The notes under the pieces are model-generated. The model worked only from the letters and a program-made list of their open reading frames with translations, was not told the DNA's origin and made no database searches. A program made the position numbers and the translations under genes. Source: Catajapyx aquilonaris (Eukaryota). From it: a DNA stretch of 64,000 nucleotides. The stretch spans positions 1 to 64,000 of the forward strand of contig KZ538487.1 in the NCBI GenBank assembly GCA_000934665.2. Direction: 5' to 3'. Positions 25,309 through 40,300 of this stretch are shown in pieces; position 1 is the first letter of the stretch; every line of letters begins with the position of its first letter.

Positions 25309-28300
25309 CTGCAATGGGAATACCATCATATGCAGTATGATCGCCTTGCCATATCGGATTTCGTTTTGCTCGTCTTATGGCACCCACCGGTGCACAGAGG
25401 TCATGTCTGGCTTGAACTCAGGTGGCCGTTGACATTTTCTGTGACTCATTCTGAATATTGCATAGGGATATTATTTTCAGAATCAGAGACGTACGGCTAA
25501 CCACACTTTTGCAGATTCTTCGTCGCTGTGTGATATTCATATTTTATGTCTTTGTACTTTGTAGTAGTTCTAAACAATCTTTCCGTAGCCCTTGTTGTAA
25601 TCATGTTATTTTAATGATTAATAGTAGTTAATTCAGGAATGCAAAAGCCCCGTCACACAGCCCTACAAATATTGCGGCAATCTTAAATTTGTTAAAGAAT
25701 TGAACAAACATTTCAATACCGTACATTAGATTAATATTGTAGTATGCCTTGTTGCGCATTATGTGAGTATGGTATAACTACAATATTTTGAAGATTTTCA
25801 TTTGTATCCCACAATGTGGATTACAACAGTCTTCTATATGCTTATATGCTCTTTTAACCATATTTAACACTATGTACAGTAGGCTACATTGTTGGACATA
25901 AATCGAGGTATACTGTCAGCGACATTTTCCGAAGCTGCACAAGAAGGAATCTTGCTGGACCGGCTTGACGTAGCCTATCCTTATCTTCGATTCCTTCTTC
26001 TGCCGCTTCGGAAAATGTCGCTAGCAATATGCCTCGATTTATGTCCAACACTGTACAGTACTATATACTGCAGGTGGAAATGGGTATAAAATTAACATTA
26101 ATTAACATTATATTAATTTAATATTCTGCTACTTGTATGACATATATCCCTACTACTCTGGCTTCTTATTAGCAAGTGACTTTTCGCTATTACCAAAGTT
26201 GTTACTGCATACTCTACACACAAGTGATTATATTGCAGCGTATACAGCTGGCAGGATTCTCACAGTGCTTGTAATTATCCTGCTAATGTCATGTAGGCTT
26301 TACCTGTAGAACTATAGAACCTACAATAGTTTTATTTTCACACGCCATATGAACTGCGACAATTGATGGGTTCCCCCATGTATGGGCATTTGCCTAACTG
26401 GGTACACAAATAAAATAATAATAATAACAACAACAATTGATGGGTTCAATTTTTTAGGGTTGTAAAAAATTAATTTTTCGAAAGCTAATGATTAATTATT
26501 GAATATGGGGTACTGGATGCACAGGTTCATTTGTCATTTATTTATTGAATAGGTTGCATGTACAGTACGGTCCATTAACAACTTAATTAATGTTGATCAG
26601 TGCAAGCTCTTTTACTTGGTGTACCATACTTTTTGGTTATTTATTTTAGGAGATGAAAATTACTTAACGGTACTTCAATAGTCCGGATCAGATCCTACAT
26701 TTCGAATGATTGTTTCGTGCCATGGTAATTTTTAACTGAGGCACAGTTCAGGCAAAAAAGTTTAAAACTAATGCCACATTATTACTTTAATTATCTATTT
26801 GGCACACAAAATGGGATGTTTTAATAGTGCCCTATTGTACATTGAAATGAGGATGCAGAATTTTTGCACTTAATTCGACTCTATCATTAAATGGAAACTT
26901 ACGCAATGAAAGCTTTCGATATCGGACCCTGTACAGTGCTATAACGGAAGCTTGTCTACTGCAGAAGAAAAGCGTCATATGATTTTTTATCAGTGTAGTC
27001 TATATTTTTGCCTGTCGCGGAAACGTAGACCTACTGTACATCATTTTGAGGTCCCTGTCAGTAAAACCCCGTGTGTAGCGGAATTAATTCGGCATTAAAG
27101 GCTGTTATACAATCGGTGTAACTGATAAATATCAGCATAACTTTCCTGATAGCTATTAAATATATTTACTCTGAACGCGTCAGTTTTTTTGCAGAAAAAC
27201 CAACGCGGTCGATATTATACTGCATATGATGTTGTAAAATCAGTCCGTCATATTGAAAACACATCATTGAATGAAAGAAATCTGTTCGCAGCAATGTTTA
27301 TGTGACCCTGTGTAATTTAATGGATATGTTTTTATCAAAACGTTTGCGTAGGTTTACAGTGCAGAGAGGATTCATCCCAACTGATACTGTATCAGGAAGA
27401 GATATAATTGAGCATATTGGGCTTACTTTTAACCCACTTTTGCCAAGTTGAAAACAAAAACAATTAACTGTAGGCCTATACCGAGCCCTCATTGCTAATA
27501 TTTATACACTCTCGTAAACATGACTGATACTAGGCGCATCAATGCAAAATGATAACCTAAATTAAGGCTGATATTGCAGTGCCTCGTTAATGAGCATGTT
27601 ACAAAAAGAATGCATGGATTAATAAGACATGACTGATACTTACCAGCCTCGGCTTGAGTATGATACTCTTCCTCTTCAATCTTAGTACCTTCTATCCCAG
27701 CTGCAACGTCCTCTGGCATCGTAGGCAGGGCCGATGCAGCCACCAAGCTATGCACGATATCCATCCTAGAGTCCAGTGAATATTGCCTTCCTGACATCAT
27801 CATGCCTCGAATGCGACGCCGAACAGCTAAAACACAATCATTATTATGCACGTATTATGCATTTGTCCCTTACATGACCTTTCATTTATACTGCTTGTTA
27901 TTCTACCTGGGCTGTCTTTAGCGTCGAAACGTAGCTGCGAAAATCTCTTGGCGAACTCACGTAGGACTTCTCCGCTTTCGAAGATGGCAGCAAAACTTCC
28001 ATTGACTATCTTCGGAGACATTGGTGAGTTGGCCAGTAAGAGGCTGGTACCAAAGTCTGCATTTCTCTGTCGTGTTTCTGCAACAAAATAGAAGCATGCA
28101 TGTATTTCGCTGGTGATAGTTATGTATAACATATAGGGAATGCCTGAATGGGACTGCAGCTAATGCCACTACGATACATAAGTGCCGTACTGCCCATGGA
28201 CAGTTGTTGAGAAGAAACAATCATATAGGGTGAAAGCCTATCTACAGCACATATACGCATTATTGTAATATGAACAGGTGTCTGACTCAATAACTGACGT

Positions 28301-31300
28301 ATAGTGAGTTCATGTAGTACCTGCCAGAGGAACTCGGGCCTGTTTCTCTCCAGCGGCTTCCATGAGAACGTCAGTGGCTGTGTTGCGTATGATGTGCCAA
28401 TCACGATCAATGTCACTCTCCGTTGTTTGGGCCGAAGTCACCGTGAACCTGTACGAGGATGACATCCAATACATTGATGACAAATGATGACTCAAAGACT
28501 TCGTCAGACAGGTCTGTTGGTGAATGAATATTGCAACATACCTGATGACATATCGGCCTTTGAGAGCGGCAGGTACACAATGCAATTGACCCCCTGAGTT
28601 GAGTCTCTTCAAGAGGCGTTCGGTCAGAGCATTGTCTCCCTTCAAGCGGAAGGTTACCAATCCCAGATGTCTCTTAGCTGGGATTTCGAATCGGTTGTCG
28701 GCCGACACTAACACTTCAAAGCGTTGAGCAAGGAGAACTCCCTATATTTAAATTACAATTTTATATGACAGACTGACAATCATAAGTTTACAACTGGAAA
28801 GAAATTTAAAAGCTCATTTATTAATTTTTTAACAACGGATGGCGATTTTTATAGAGACTCGTATAAATGCACATTTTGGCCGTTTTCGTATATTTGGCCT
28901 GCTCACGGGAGCATGATAATACTGCTGCAGTTAGGCATATACAAGCACATACATTGCTATATGGGCAAAGAGTTCTGCTGTATTATACAGGGTGTTTATT
29001 GTAACTCTGCAAAGACTTTCAGGGGTAATAGAGGGGACCAAGACAAGCATTTTTGACATAGGAACCTGCGTCCGGAAACGCCATCTAGAGGGGGTTCATA
29101 CACAAGGAGCGGGTGCGCTCAGACGCGTCACACGGGAGGCACTAGGCGAGCGGACTGTTTTGTTGATAGATGGCGCTCGGATAGTAACCAACGATGCGAT
29201 GTGCCATAACGTGGCAACAACAGAGCCATCTAGCAACTAAAGTCCGCCTCCTAGGAGACGCGCGGATAGTCAACAGCGGTTCTGTTGTTTCCAGGTTATG
29301 GCGTATCGTGTTGTTGTTTACTTACAACGACGCGATACGCCATTACCTGGCAACAACTGTGCGCCATCTACCAACAAAACAGTCCGCTCTCCTAGCGCCT
29401 CTCGCCTGACGCGTCTGAGCGCACCCGTTCCTTGTCTATGAACCCCCTCTAGATGGCGTTTCAGGACACGGGTTCTTATGTCGAAAATACTTGTCTTGGT
29501 CCCCTCTATTACCCCTGAAAGTCTTTGCAGAGTTACAATAAACACCCTGTATACGACGATACCTAGAGAGAGCACTCAGGGTGAAATGTGAGGCAGACTA
29601 ACAATATGACCTAAGTAAAGATGGCGGACGCTTGACATTACTGGACTAATATTGTTGTCATTAGGGGTCGTCCATAAACCACGTGACCGATTTTCGGGCA
29701 CTTTTTGACCCCCCTCCCCCCAGTGACCGACCGTGGTATCCATTGGAATCCCCCTTTTTCACGTGGTTTTTTTAAATGTCAATGTTATCAGAAAAAACGC
29801 GATCGAAATTGATAGCTCCTCACCTAAACTGTTTAAGCACGTAAAAAACATGTCTCCCCAAGTTTTCGGGGTCGCTGATTTCGAATTTTAGGTTATTTTG
29901 AACCCATGTGCATCTGCAAAAGCTCCCATATGTGCCAATTCACTGTGTTCAGAGATACCACGTGAATTTTCGCCGACCCTCCCCCCTCTCCCCCCCACCC
30001 GTGACCAACCGTGGTATATCAGCAGACCCCCCCCCTCCCCCCAAAACGGTCACGTGGTATATGGACGACCCCTAACCTAGGTAATAAAGAGTATACTATA
30101 GGTAATTATGTATAAGCCTATCTCTGTGGGTGCCTTGCTATATTTATCTCTAACGTATGTTCTTCGTTAGAAGCAAAGCCCTTCTTTGTGACAGGATTAT
30201 TACCTCTAATATGCCAGTACATGAATGCGTCAACTTTTCCGTAAACATTAATTCTCAAAAAAAGGGGGCAATAACCGGAGACCAAAATTGGAGCAAGCCT
30301 CCTTGTTTGCAGAGTCAAGCTGCGTTTACATGTGAGCGATTTGACGAGCGAAGTCTTCGCCGAGCGGTAACATCGCTGAGTAACCCGAGTAACCAATATT
30401 GTTTGAGGTGAAAGTAACAATCGATTTTCGCCTCAAACAATATACTGGTTACCAATTGGGTTAACTTCCCTCGTCAAATCGTTCACATGTAAACGCACCT
30501 TGCTGCGTTGACATGTGAGCGATTTGACGAGGGAAGTCTTCGCCGAGCGATGACATCGCTGAGTAACCGGCCAAATAACCAGTATTGTTTGAGGCAAAAA
30601 TCGATTGTTACTTTCACCTCAAACAATATTGGTTACTTCGCTCAGCTTCGCTTGTCAAATCGCTCACATGTAAACGCACCTTCAATGTGGAAGCATATAC
30701 CTACAGGAGACCATCTGGAAGTCCATATATCTAAAGCAAGAGAGTATTATACCTCCGTGTAAGCGGATTTAATGCATCACACCTCGTAACCAAGGAATAA
30801 TGACCTCATTTAGTACGCAAGTGTTAGCTTTATTCGTCCAAAATGTGAATAGCGAAGTCTATCTCAAGTCTTCTGCTCATACCGGGCTAGATTTTTAATG
30901 TCATGGAACACTAAACCTGTCGGATCGGTAAATAAAGGCGTATAGTTTACTAATTGTACAAAAAGTCTTAATTTTCTGGATTTCGCACTCTCGGTGTATT
31001 TACGTAGATTAAGTCGCTTTGATGGCCATTTTCCATGAACAACTTCATGATTAGACGAAGCGAGATTAAGTAACTTACAGTATGAAATCGTAAACTTAGC
31101 CTGCGATATATGTAGTTACTATGTCTTGTTAGGTAATAATCTTGCCAATGTATGCATAATGACTTACACTCAAACACTCATCAATAAGCAATATATTGAG
31201 AGCCATGCAAACTGCTTTACCCAGCAACACTGTATCGAATTCCCACCCCACCCATCTTCTTCCCACTCGTACCCGTCATTCGTCGAGCTCCCCTTTATCC

Positions 31301-34300
31301 TCCCTGTCCTCTTTTTCCTCTACTTACATGTCGCACGTGTCTTTGTAGTCCCTTGATTCCATAGCAACGTATGACGAACCACAGCTTGAGAGCTCGAAAT
31401 CTCTTGCTGAGGGGTATCTGCCAATGCTGAAGAAAGACGTCAAAACCAGCCAATCACATGGTGACACGGTAGTACAAATACAGAACCTCGATGTCAATGA
31501 AGGTTCTAACACTCTATACTATCTTTTTCATCTCTCTGCGGTCAGGAGAGGAAGGTGCTTTTCCTTTCATAATAAGTTATATACAGCGATATTAGTTATA
31601 AGAAAACGACCCACGAATTTGGAACACCCTGTAATGTATAGTGATAGCGATGATATATGAATCCGCTAATGTTAGTATTTACGAACATTGAGTCAATCGG
31701 AAAAATACATATTCGAAACAATGGGATAAAGGCACCACCTTCTTTCCTCTAAATATACACCCCTTTAAAACATATTTGAGCAAATCATCCACATAATTTT
31801 TTTAAAAAATCCAAAATATGGAAAACCCGCTATTTATTTAAAAAAATAAAGGGTATTCAAATTGAAAAGCGCTTTAGCTGTATACAGTATATAGTAGGTT
31901 ATGTGGACCTATCCTTTTAAAATCCTACAAAGGGTGTATGCCCTGTAAAAATTGGCTCTATCATAGATATTCAGTCCCAATTGTTCCAATGAGCCATTCC
32001 CAATTGGAAATTCATCGCAATTCACAGTTTGAATAGATTATTCAAATCGACCTATTATAAGCAGCCAATACTTTTGATAACCACCAATGATAAATACGCA
32101 AAATTCACTACTCAAAACTAATCACAAGCCATTAAGGCCATCTCAATTTTACACCCTGTACGTACCTTTCCCCCTTCTAGCCCCTTCAAATCAAAAATCA
32201 GGCGAAGCATTCCCACACAGAAAGGTGCAGCAGGTGTTCCGCTCAAAAGCAAGCCAGGAGAAACCGCTACCTTCCTAGGCGTAAACGCTGCCCTTCCACC
32301 CCCTGTTCTCCCCAACTGGTATGAAAAATACAATGCAAACCCAAAATCCTGACCACTACCAGAGACGACAAAAAAAAAAAGCAAACCATGGTCCATAACT
32401 GAACCAGCCATACCGTGACAACCAGTCTCAATTTGTGATGCCTTACCATATAATCAATAGCCAATCCTAGCAGTGCAAGTTTGAAATACAGAAGAAAAGA
32501 TCGAGTTAGAGAAAGGAAAAAAAAAGCCTTGGTTGAAATGGATTGCAAGCTAGCTAGCTTTTCTTCTTGACCAAATTCATTTCCCACCTGAATTCTCGTG
32601 CTTCAGGTAGAGGGGATCCACGTTAAAGGTCCGGTGCAGAGCTCCACTGTTCTTCACCCTGCCGGAAAAGAGGATTAATTTCAGGGTAGGGTTAGGGGGG
32701 GGGAAGGGGGGAAGGATTCCAAATCGGATAGAAAGCTAGCTAGAGAGCTACCCATGGCTATCCAGCCCCACCCACGACCCAACCCTCTTGGGATGGAGTC
32801 AAGAGTTATGCTGCTGGCAGGATTTCCAGTCTGTCCGACTTACCTCATGGACCCTGGGTTAGGCGGATTGGACAAAGGGTCAGACAAGTTGTGCTCAGGT
32901 TATTCTGCTTATCTATTTGGTCTAATTAGCTGGAAAGAGAATAGATTAGGTGGCCTCGCTCGAACCTTAGTGCATGGTGTTGTCAAATGGTTGTCTGTTC
33001 TATGCAGGAAGCAAGATGATGTTGAATGCATTATTGTGTCTCTAATATTATGGAGGGTTCGACGACCGTGGAACTATTTAGAAGGTTCAGAGGCATCATG
33101 CTCAGAAACATAAGCTGCACTGTATACTATATATAAACCTGATACATTCCAAACCGAATTCCATAGTCAGCAAAAATCTCGTAGGGAAATTCCAGAATTT
33201 ATGACTTCCTTTTTTTGCTTGTAAGTTACTGTACGGTATGACTTCGTGCTGTTTACGCCTTGTGAAAGGCCCGGAATTAATTGGCTGGATTACAAATATT
33301 GCAACATGATATTATAGATAGTGAATGCATCAGAATTAAGTTCGTCGACCTTGTAGATCTCAAGTCCAGAAGGTCATGTGCAAGCCTACAATCTCATGCC
33401 ACTGACACATAGACCACCATGTGTTATGCAAAGTTAGGTCAGGCATTGAAGAGCACATTGCTGTAGCCTACTGTACTACAGCACTTATCTGATGGTAGTA
33501 AAGCAATAAGCATGACGGAATGTGATGGAACAACATGACGGAATGGCATTCCATTATAAAAATTAGCAACAGGTAAGTTACCATTAAAATAAAAATTAGC
33601 AACAGGTACCATTAAAATATAAATTACAAATAAAATAAAAATATTACGGTACTCTTATGTGGTTTGAATTAATCATCACTGCAGTTTACCCATACACGAA
33701 TGATTACTTTGCGTCATTCCCATCACTTATCAAGTTCTTGAACGCCAAAAATCTAATAGTAGCCTATTTATCAGAAATAAGTTTTTAAATTGTTACTCAT
33801 TAGATACTTTGTTTCCGAGAAATATCTTGCGAGCTTGTGTCTGCTAATAGAAGATTGCGATAATCTATCTCGCATCTCCGTCACGCTGCAATGAGAAAAC
33901 CAATGAGCGGAACAACCTTGATATTAGTTTTCTGTGTGCCATTCACCTCCAGGTACTTTATAGCATGATAAGCACCCACTCCAGAGAGCGATGTGTATAT
34001 TCGGCAATGAGATGAAATGTCACGACTATTATTTTCTGCTGTTATGTAAGCAAGCAATTACAGGGGTGTGACAGGAAAGCGTGGGCATGAGAGCGGGCTT
34101 AAAAATGCTGAACTAACATGACTAGAAATCAAGTGCAGTGAGCAGCCCCGGACATAAACAGTTAGACGGCTCATATAGTAGTAATAACTGTCTACACACA
34201 GCTATATTATGCAACATGATAGCGATGAACTTTCAGAGTCCTAAAATAGTCTCGCATCTGCAACACCCCCAGCTGGCAACACGGTGCAAAAGCACTCTGC

Positions 34301-37300
34301 ACATGATACATGAATGGTCAAGTCCGGCACCTACTATCGTCAGGGCCTTCACGACCTTTGGAAGTTCCACCTCTTTTTTATGACCACATAAATACTTCAC
34401 ACGGCGATTATTACCGGCGTGAAACATGGCCCCCGCACATTAGGTGGTCACATGAGGCATTCTTGTCAATGATGCTCAGCTGCACCACGCGTTGGGCAGT
34501 CAGCCTTGTTTGGAAAGGCATCCCGTTAGATCAACTCCTGGGGGCCAAGAGAGTATAATTAAAAGAGAAGCTTCGTCCAAAAGAAGAAGGGGGCGCATAT
34601 TCTAAAGCCCGTTCGATTCCGAGTCTGAAACCGAACCCGCCCCGAGGATCAGCTTTCTCTTGGCCATCAGGGTATTTGAACTCTGCACGAGGTCAACCCA
34701 ACTTGTCATTGAGAAGTGGCAACAGCGATAACCTTGAGGTCGGTTATGTAGTTTCCAAAGTACCATCTGAGGAACAATGAACATTCGGAGGTGGGGTGGT
34801 TGTGGGATTGTGGCTGGGCTGGGGACGCCCTCGGGCACCATTTTCTTTTTTTTCTTTTCATGACTGAAGCACGAGGCAACCCAGGAGCACCCTACCAGAC
34901 CCCAACCCCCCATCCAAAGGCTGTAATAAGCCAGGCAGCAACCCACCACATAGCGGTGCAGTCGAAATGAACCATCATCCACTTGCTGGGGTTGAAGGCC
35001 AGGGAGTCGGCGTACTCGATCCCCCGGAGGAAGGTGCGGAACTCGGGACACAAGAAGGCGGTACCGGCATAGGCAGCGTCCACGTGCAGCCAGATTCCCT
35101 CCCGTTGACCTTTCCAGAAGGGGGGGGGGNGGGAATCATAAAATGAAGAAGGGAGAACGCACTATTTTGTGCACAGAAACAGAGGCATTAGTTACGTGTC
35201 CTCCACCGGTTAGGACAGCCTTGAACTTCGGGGGTGCTGACCGGCACCGACGGATATCCGAACAATACCTTGTCTGTTTTTTGCTGTTTTTACCTGTTCA
35301 TCCCTATAGTCTGCGATGCCAGAAATAACCTAATGCAGTTCGTAATGCCATTTCCTACAATAATCTGGTCTAGATAAACATCCTTTCACAAGCCATCGGG
35401 AGTCTGACAGTGAGTGCTGTAATATTCGGGACAGCTTAAAGAATTTGTAGTAATTTTTTGCTCACATTGTTGCTTCGTATTAGTGTGTATCTTGCGTAAC
35501 ATTAATATGAATTTACAAAAAAAAACTAGATTCTACGGTGTACCAGATTGCGCTCTAAATCGTTCCACTTCATTCTCAACAGATTATGTTGTGAGAGATA
35601 CTACAGCAAGACTGGGTATAGATAAGACTAGTTAAGGTTTCGATAATAATTTTTTACAGATTTCTAGCGAATTAAGTGTCAGGAATAAAACTTTTGACGG
35701 CTATTGTCATTTGTGCTGTGGGAAGCGGGCGTGTAGTGTACAGTATAGGCTATCCACCTGATGAAAGACAAGTGGTGGCAAACTTACAAACAGGTCCAAC
35801 CTCCTCCAGACAGTCAAAGGAGCAGGCGCCAGTGGTTCCTAAAGTTGCACAAACCTGTCAAATAAAGAAATCAATATTATCAAAAATACAGGTTTCTATA
35901 AATCACTTAAGTTATCTTGAAGAATGTGATTCTCAAACATGCCATGTTTGTCTCTATACACCCGGTTACGTAAACAGTCTGGATGGTTTATACACGCACG
36001 CAGCTTTTTATTAAACTATGACACTTTCAGTCAAAATAATGAAAAGCGCGTCAAAAAGTAATCCCACTGTAATTTATTATTTACCTATAGTAAAAAGTGG
36101 TTTGTGGAATAACCAATATACGTATAGTGTCAGATACGGTTCAAAACTGCTTCTTCTAACGTAACATATCGCTAATAACTTTCGAATCGATGATCCAGTA
36201 ATCAATACGATAATGGGAAAGAGATAGGTAAAGCCATAACTTCTATTGCAAAATAAGCAGATCAAGCCCGATGGCCATCTCATTAAAGATGGTCTAATGG
36301 CTCTGACTTTTCTCGCTGCCTCCAGCTACATAATATGGGGGAAAATCCTTGGTCACGAACATCATAATTAGTTCTTTAGATGTGAAGTCTCTTCGAAGCT
36401 TGCTTTTTTAAAAAAAAAGCTGGAAGGGGGTGTTGGAAGTTGAGAAAGAATTCATGACACGGAGAAGTAATGGAGAAAGAGCGTTCTTCCCGTATTGAAG
36501 TCAGTGAGGCAGCAGAAAGTTGGTGTTTTCTCAGGAAGCAGGTATAAGTAATGGTGGCTACTAAAAGGCAGCAGGGAAGGAAGGGCCCTCTTCTTTTCGC
36601 AGCCCCTGACACCCCGGATAGGCAGGAATACCGCTGTCTCTTGAGTCAATATCCAGAGGCTTGGTCCAACAAACTCCGGAAATGGACCTTTCGCCTTTTT
36701 CCACAGGGATAAGAACTAAAGTTTTTTTTTGGACTTCTTAGCTTAGTGGCGCAGAGTGGGAAATGATGGGAATTTTGCATAGTTAAATCCTCATCACAGT
36801 ACACAAACACTATAGGTATTCCTCACCATGACATACTTTTAAGGACGAAATAATTAGGTAACTGTCTGCTTTTAAGGATTGCTTGTATCTGAGAAAGTAC
36901 GATTTTCACATGAACAGAGTCAAACAATGTTGCCTAATTTTAGTAGGGTAGAGATAGAAAGCAGACCCATACACAGTGTGTCTGAAAACTGTGATACCAC
37001 AGGTACAAGACACAATAAATAATCCAGAATCAGTAGAAAAGTTCAGAAGCATTTTTTTGTAAAAAGTGCAGTAGAGGCGCTATAATTATCATATGAGAGT
37101 TTGGCCAAACATTTCTAACTGCAACGCGATTAATAACTGAATGTATACATGTTCCAAGCGTTATTTAATAATCGGTTTTTTACAACCTTTTAAATTGCCT
37201 TACGTGAGCAGCACCGAACTCGAACATTATGATCTACTGTATACATTGATTCGTACAAATAGAGGATATACTTACACAATCATAACCATGTGTCAAACTG

Positions 37301-40300
37301 GGCCACTGAGGCTTTTATCAGCCTTTCAGTACTGGACATCGCATTGAACAAATCACTCCTTACCAAAATCTCTATTATTTAAAACTGTTTTCCCAACTTT
37401 CAATGGCTGTCGCTCGCCAGCAGTAATTTTTACGTCAAAATGCCATATTATTTTCCTACTTACTATAGTGTCCTGAACCTCTGGTATCAAGCTGGTGAAT
37501 ATTACGATATGCCCTGTCTACTCTTCCATCTTCTGCAAGGCTACCTGGACACACAGGCATTTTTGGGAGGCTTTGATTTCATGTGGTATGGCTGTGCAGC
37601 CTATCTTTCATGGATGGAATCGTAACTGCGAACAATAAGTCGATTGCATCTGAAGTGAGTCTACTTAATGATTGTGTCTAACTGTAGTATAAGCTGAGAA
37701 GTACAACCTTGACCATTTTAAGAGATGATAATGGTGCTGCGTAGACTTTGCTTTTTTGCAATAGACAGAAGAGCCTGCGCTGAATTTATCCAGACTCTTC
37801 AGGCACCTGATGCTCGATTGCACCAACAAAATTATCGATTCGATAGCTCCTAACGGATCGTTAGCACACGTTAAAAGAGCTCCTAACGATCCCTTAGGAG
37901 CTATCGGATCAGTAATTTCGGTTGGTGCAATCGGGCAGAGTATTTTCTCAGAGGGAAATAGTCTTAACTTGCGTAATCTGCACCGTTTTTTAATTCGCCA
38001 TATTTCTAGATTCACAAGAGAAAAATATTATAGTTTTTCTAGAAAAATGGTTAATTCAGAATGCAATACACATAAAAAATTTCGAACTGAGGGATGATGC
38101 ACAATATGGAGAGGAGTGAACTCTTACGCATAATAAGATAAGCTCAAAGTTGTGTTTTCGTATTTTTTCACACTGAGTTAATTTGGAAGATGAATCTATT
38201 AGAAGACCAAAGGGTTAGGTTGATATCTAATAATAATCAGACTTATTGGGAATAGCCTTTAAGTTCGAGAGTCGTTGCGAGGCCTAATCAAGGAAGGGTT
38301 CAAAGAGTGTTCAGCCGACTGCAACAACCTCTCTGTGTGGAACCCAGCTGATCCCAGGGTCAGCAAGAAAGCCATCGCATTCATCTCCACTCGGCTAAAA
38401 CAAAAACGAGAGAAAAACAAGACGTGTAGGCTATCTCCCATGCAGCTCTCGGTAGACTTACAAAAAAAGGTTCCAGGCCAACTTCTCTGTCGCGCAAAAT
38501 AGCAGCCTGAAGAGCATCCCCACGCATGCTCAGTTCGTCATCACTCTCCACATAATGCAGCTTGACTAGTCCGATGAGCCCAGCTTTTTCCACCGACGAA
38601 TGAGCCTGGAGAAGAAATTCACTTGGCACAACACACATTCTCAGATTTCTCAAATCGATTATAAAAGCCCAGCAGTTGCCTATCCTTCTACCCCCCCACG
38701 GCCACAGGACATAAAACAATGTTAGTCTCTCCGAATTTTAGCCCCTCGTCCTACTTCTTCGTTCAAGACTGGGAGAGGAATTACAAACCGACAAGGCTCT
38801 CGGATTTCTGCCGTTAATCAGGAAAGTCCGCCGCCGCATCTTGACATCCCAAAGCGGGGGAATATGTACAGAAAAGAATAGATGAGACGGTGCTTAGAAT
38901 AATGAGTTGGATGTGAAAGGAACAATTCCGAAAAAAAAAAAATATGAAAAAAAGGTTCGTGGCTGTAGCCATGCTGGGGGAAGCTTATGATGGGCTCCGT
39001 CAGGGCGGCGTTACTGTTCCCTCCCCACTCCTCCACTCCCTACCTTCCACCCCATTGCATTGTCCTCCTTGCGCCTAAAATTGAGCCCTGATGTGGAAAC
39101 CCTCTTTTTACAGCCCAGACAAACCGTCCTGATTTGCATCGATTGGCGATTGTCACCAAGGCAGGAACACTCTCTTTTCTTCCTGGCCAAATCCCTCCTG
39201 GAAGTCCAGAAGCGAGGACCAAGATCCGGGCCACACTAAACTGCATTGAATTGCGAGTCTCAACAGAAGCCGCGACCTTCCGTCCAGCACTGACAAATAA
39301 AAGACGCAGGCCCTGCCATTTTACCGTGCTATATTTCAACTGTCCAGGCTGTGGACAAAATAAGGGCAACCTCGTTTACCTCTGCTGGGAATTGAACCCA
39401 GGTCCACACCCCTATGTGGAGTGCGTGTTCTGCCACTGAACTACAGAGGCCTATGATGGGTTACCACTAATGTATTAAGAGTAATTATAGTTTACTGTTA
39501 GCATACAAAATAGAGGAAATCCTTATTGCCCTGAGAGACTTCGATAACTGAATGCGAGCTGCACAACAGTGTTAACTTGCACTTCTGCTCACGTTCTGCA
39601 GACCTAATTTGCTGGCAGGAATATGGCTTGTAAGTGTAATATTACTTCATTGATAAAAGTAATTGCGGTATTTTTATTTTGTAATTCTCAAAGTTAGCCT
39701 CATTGACGCGATTGAAATAAACAATTTTACAATAATTGGGCTCTGTATATTGACGTCTGGTGCCAGACAATACTTTATTTTGTCATTAGAGTTGAACGCA
39801 ACATGGATATACAACTTTCCATATTGACCATGTATGCGTTACCCTCACTGTGTAGTACTGTATTCCTCTTATGTATATTTCATGCCACTATAGCAGAGAT
39901 ACATAAATATTAAGAAGGAGGGAGGAGAGACTAACTACCTGCTTTAATACAAAAGTTGCCCAGCCTGTGCATTTTGAATGGAATAATTTTCAACTTGCAA
40001 ATTATTTCACTGTAAGAAAGTGAGTGACACAGTACCAAAGCGTGAATGAGTTTACAGAATCAGACGTAGCCTATTGGCCTTTCATCACCTTTTGTTATCG
40101 CACTTTAAACATTCCGTAACAAAATGGGAAAGAATATATTGAAGTGCAACACATATGTATTCCTACCTGATCAGAGCAATAGGCGACCAGACGCCCATTG
40201 ATCTCGGCGTCTTCTAGTTCCGAGAATTTGGAACTGAGGCGTTTAATAGCATCAGTCCTCCCAGCCAACAAAGCCACCAGAGTTGCTTCAGAAGATGTCG

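Noticed and set aside
25884..26050. AG-preceded open frame on the minus strand, in phase with Hdc exon 15
   Set aside because: Lies wholly within a foldback MITE and has no pyrimidine tract; the exon at 25308 has a much better acceptor.
27495..27643. Read-through of Hdc exon 15 as an alternative C-terminus
   Set aside because: A strong GTAAGT donor follows 27644 and the extension looks like translated intron.
28992..29575. Near-identical ORFs on opposite strands ([14 protein letters not shown]...)
   Set aside because: They are the two TIRs of one MITE.
32683..32716. G-run cluster that could form a G-quadruplex in Hdc intron 8
   Set aside because: G-run lengths are unreliable in this assembly, since single Ns and gaps sit in such runs.
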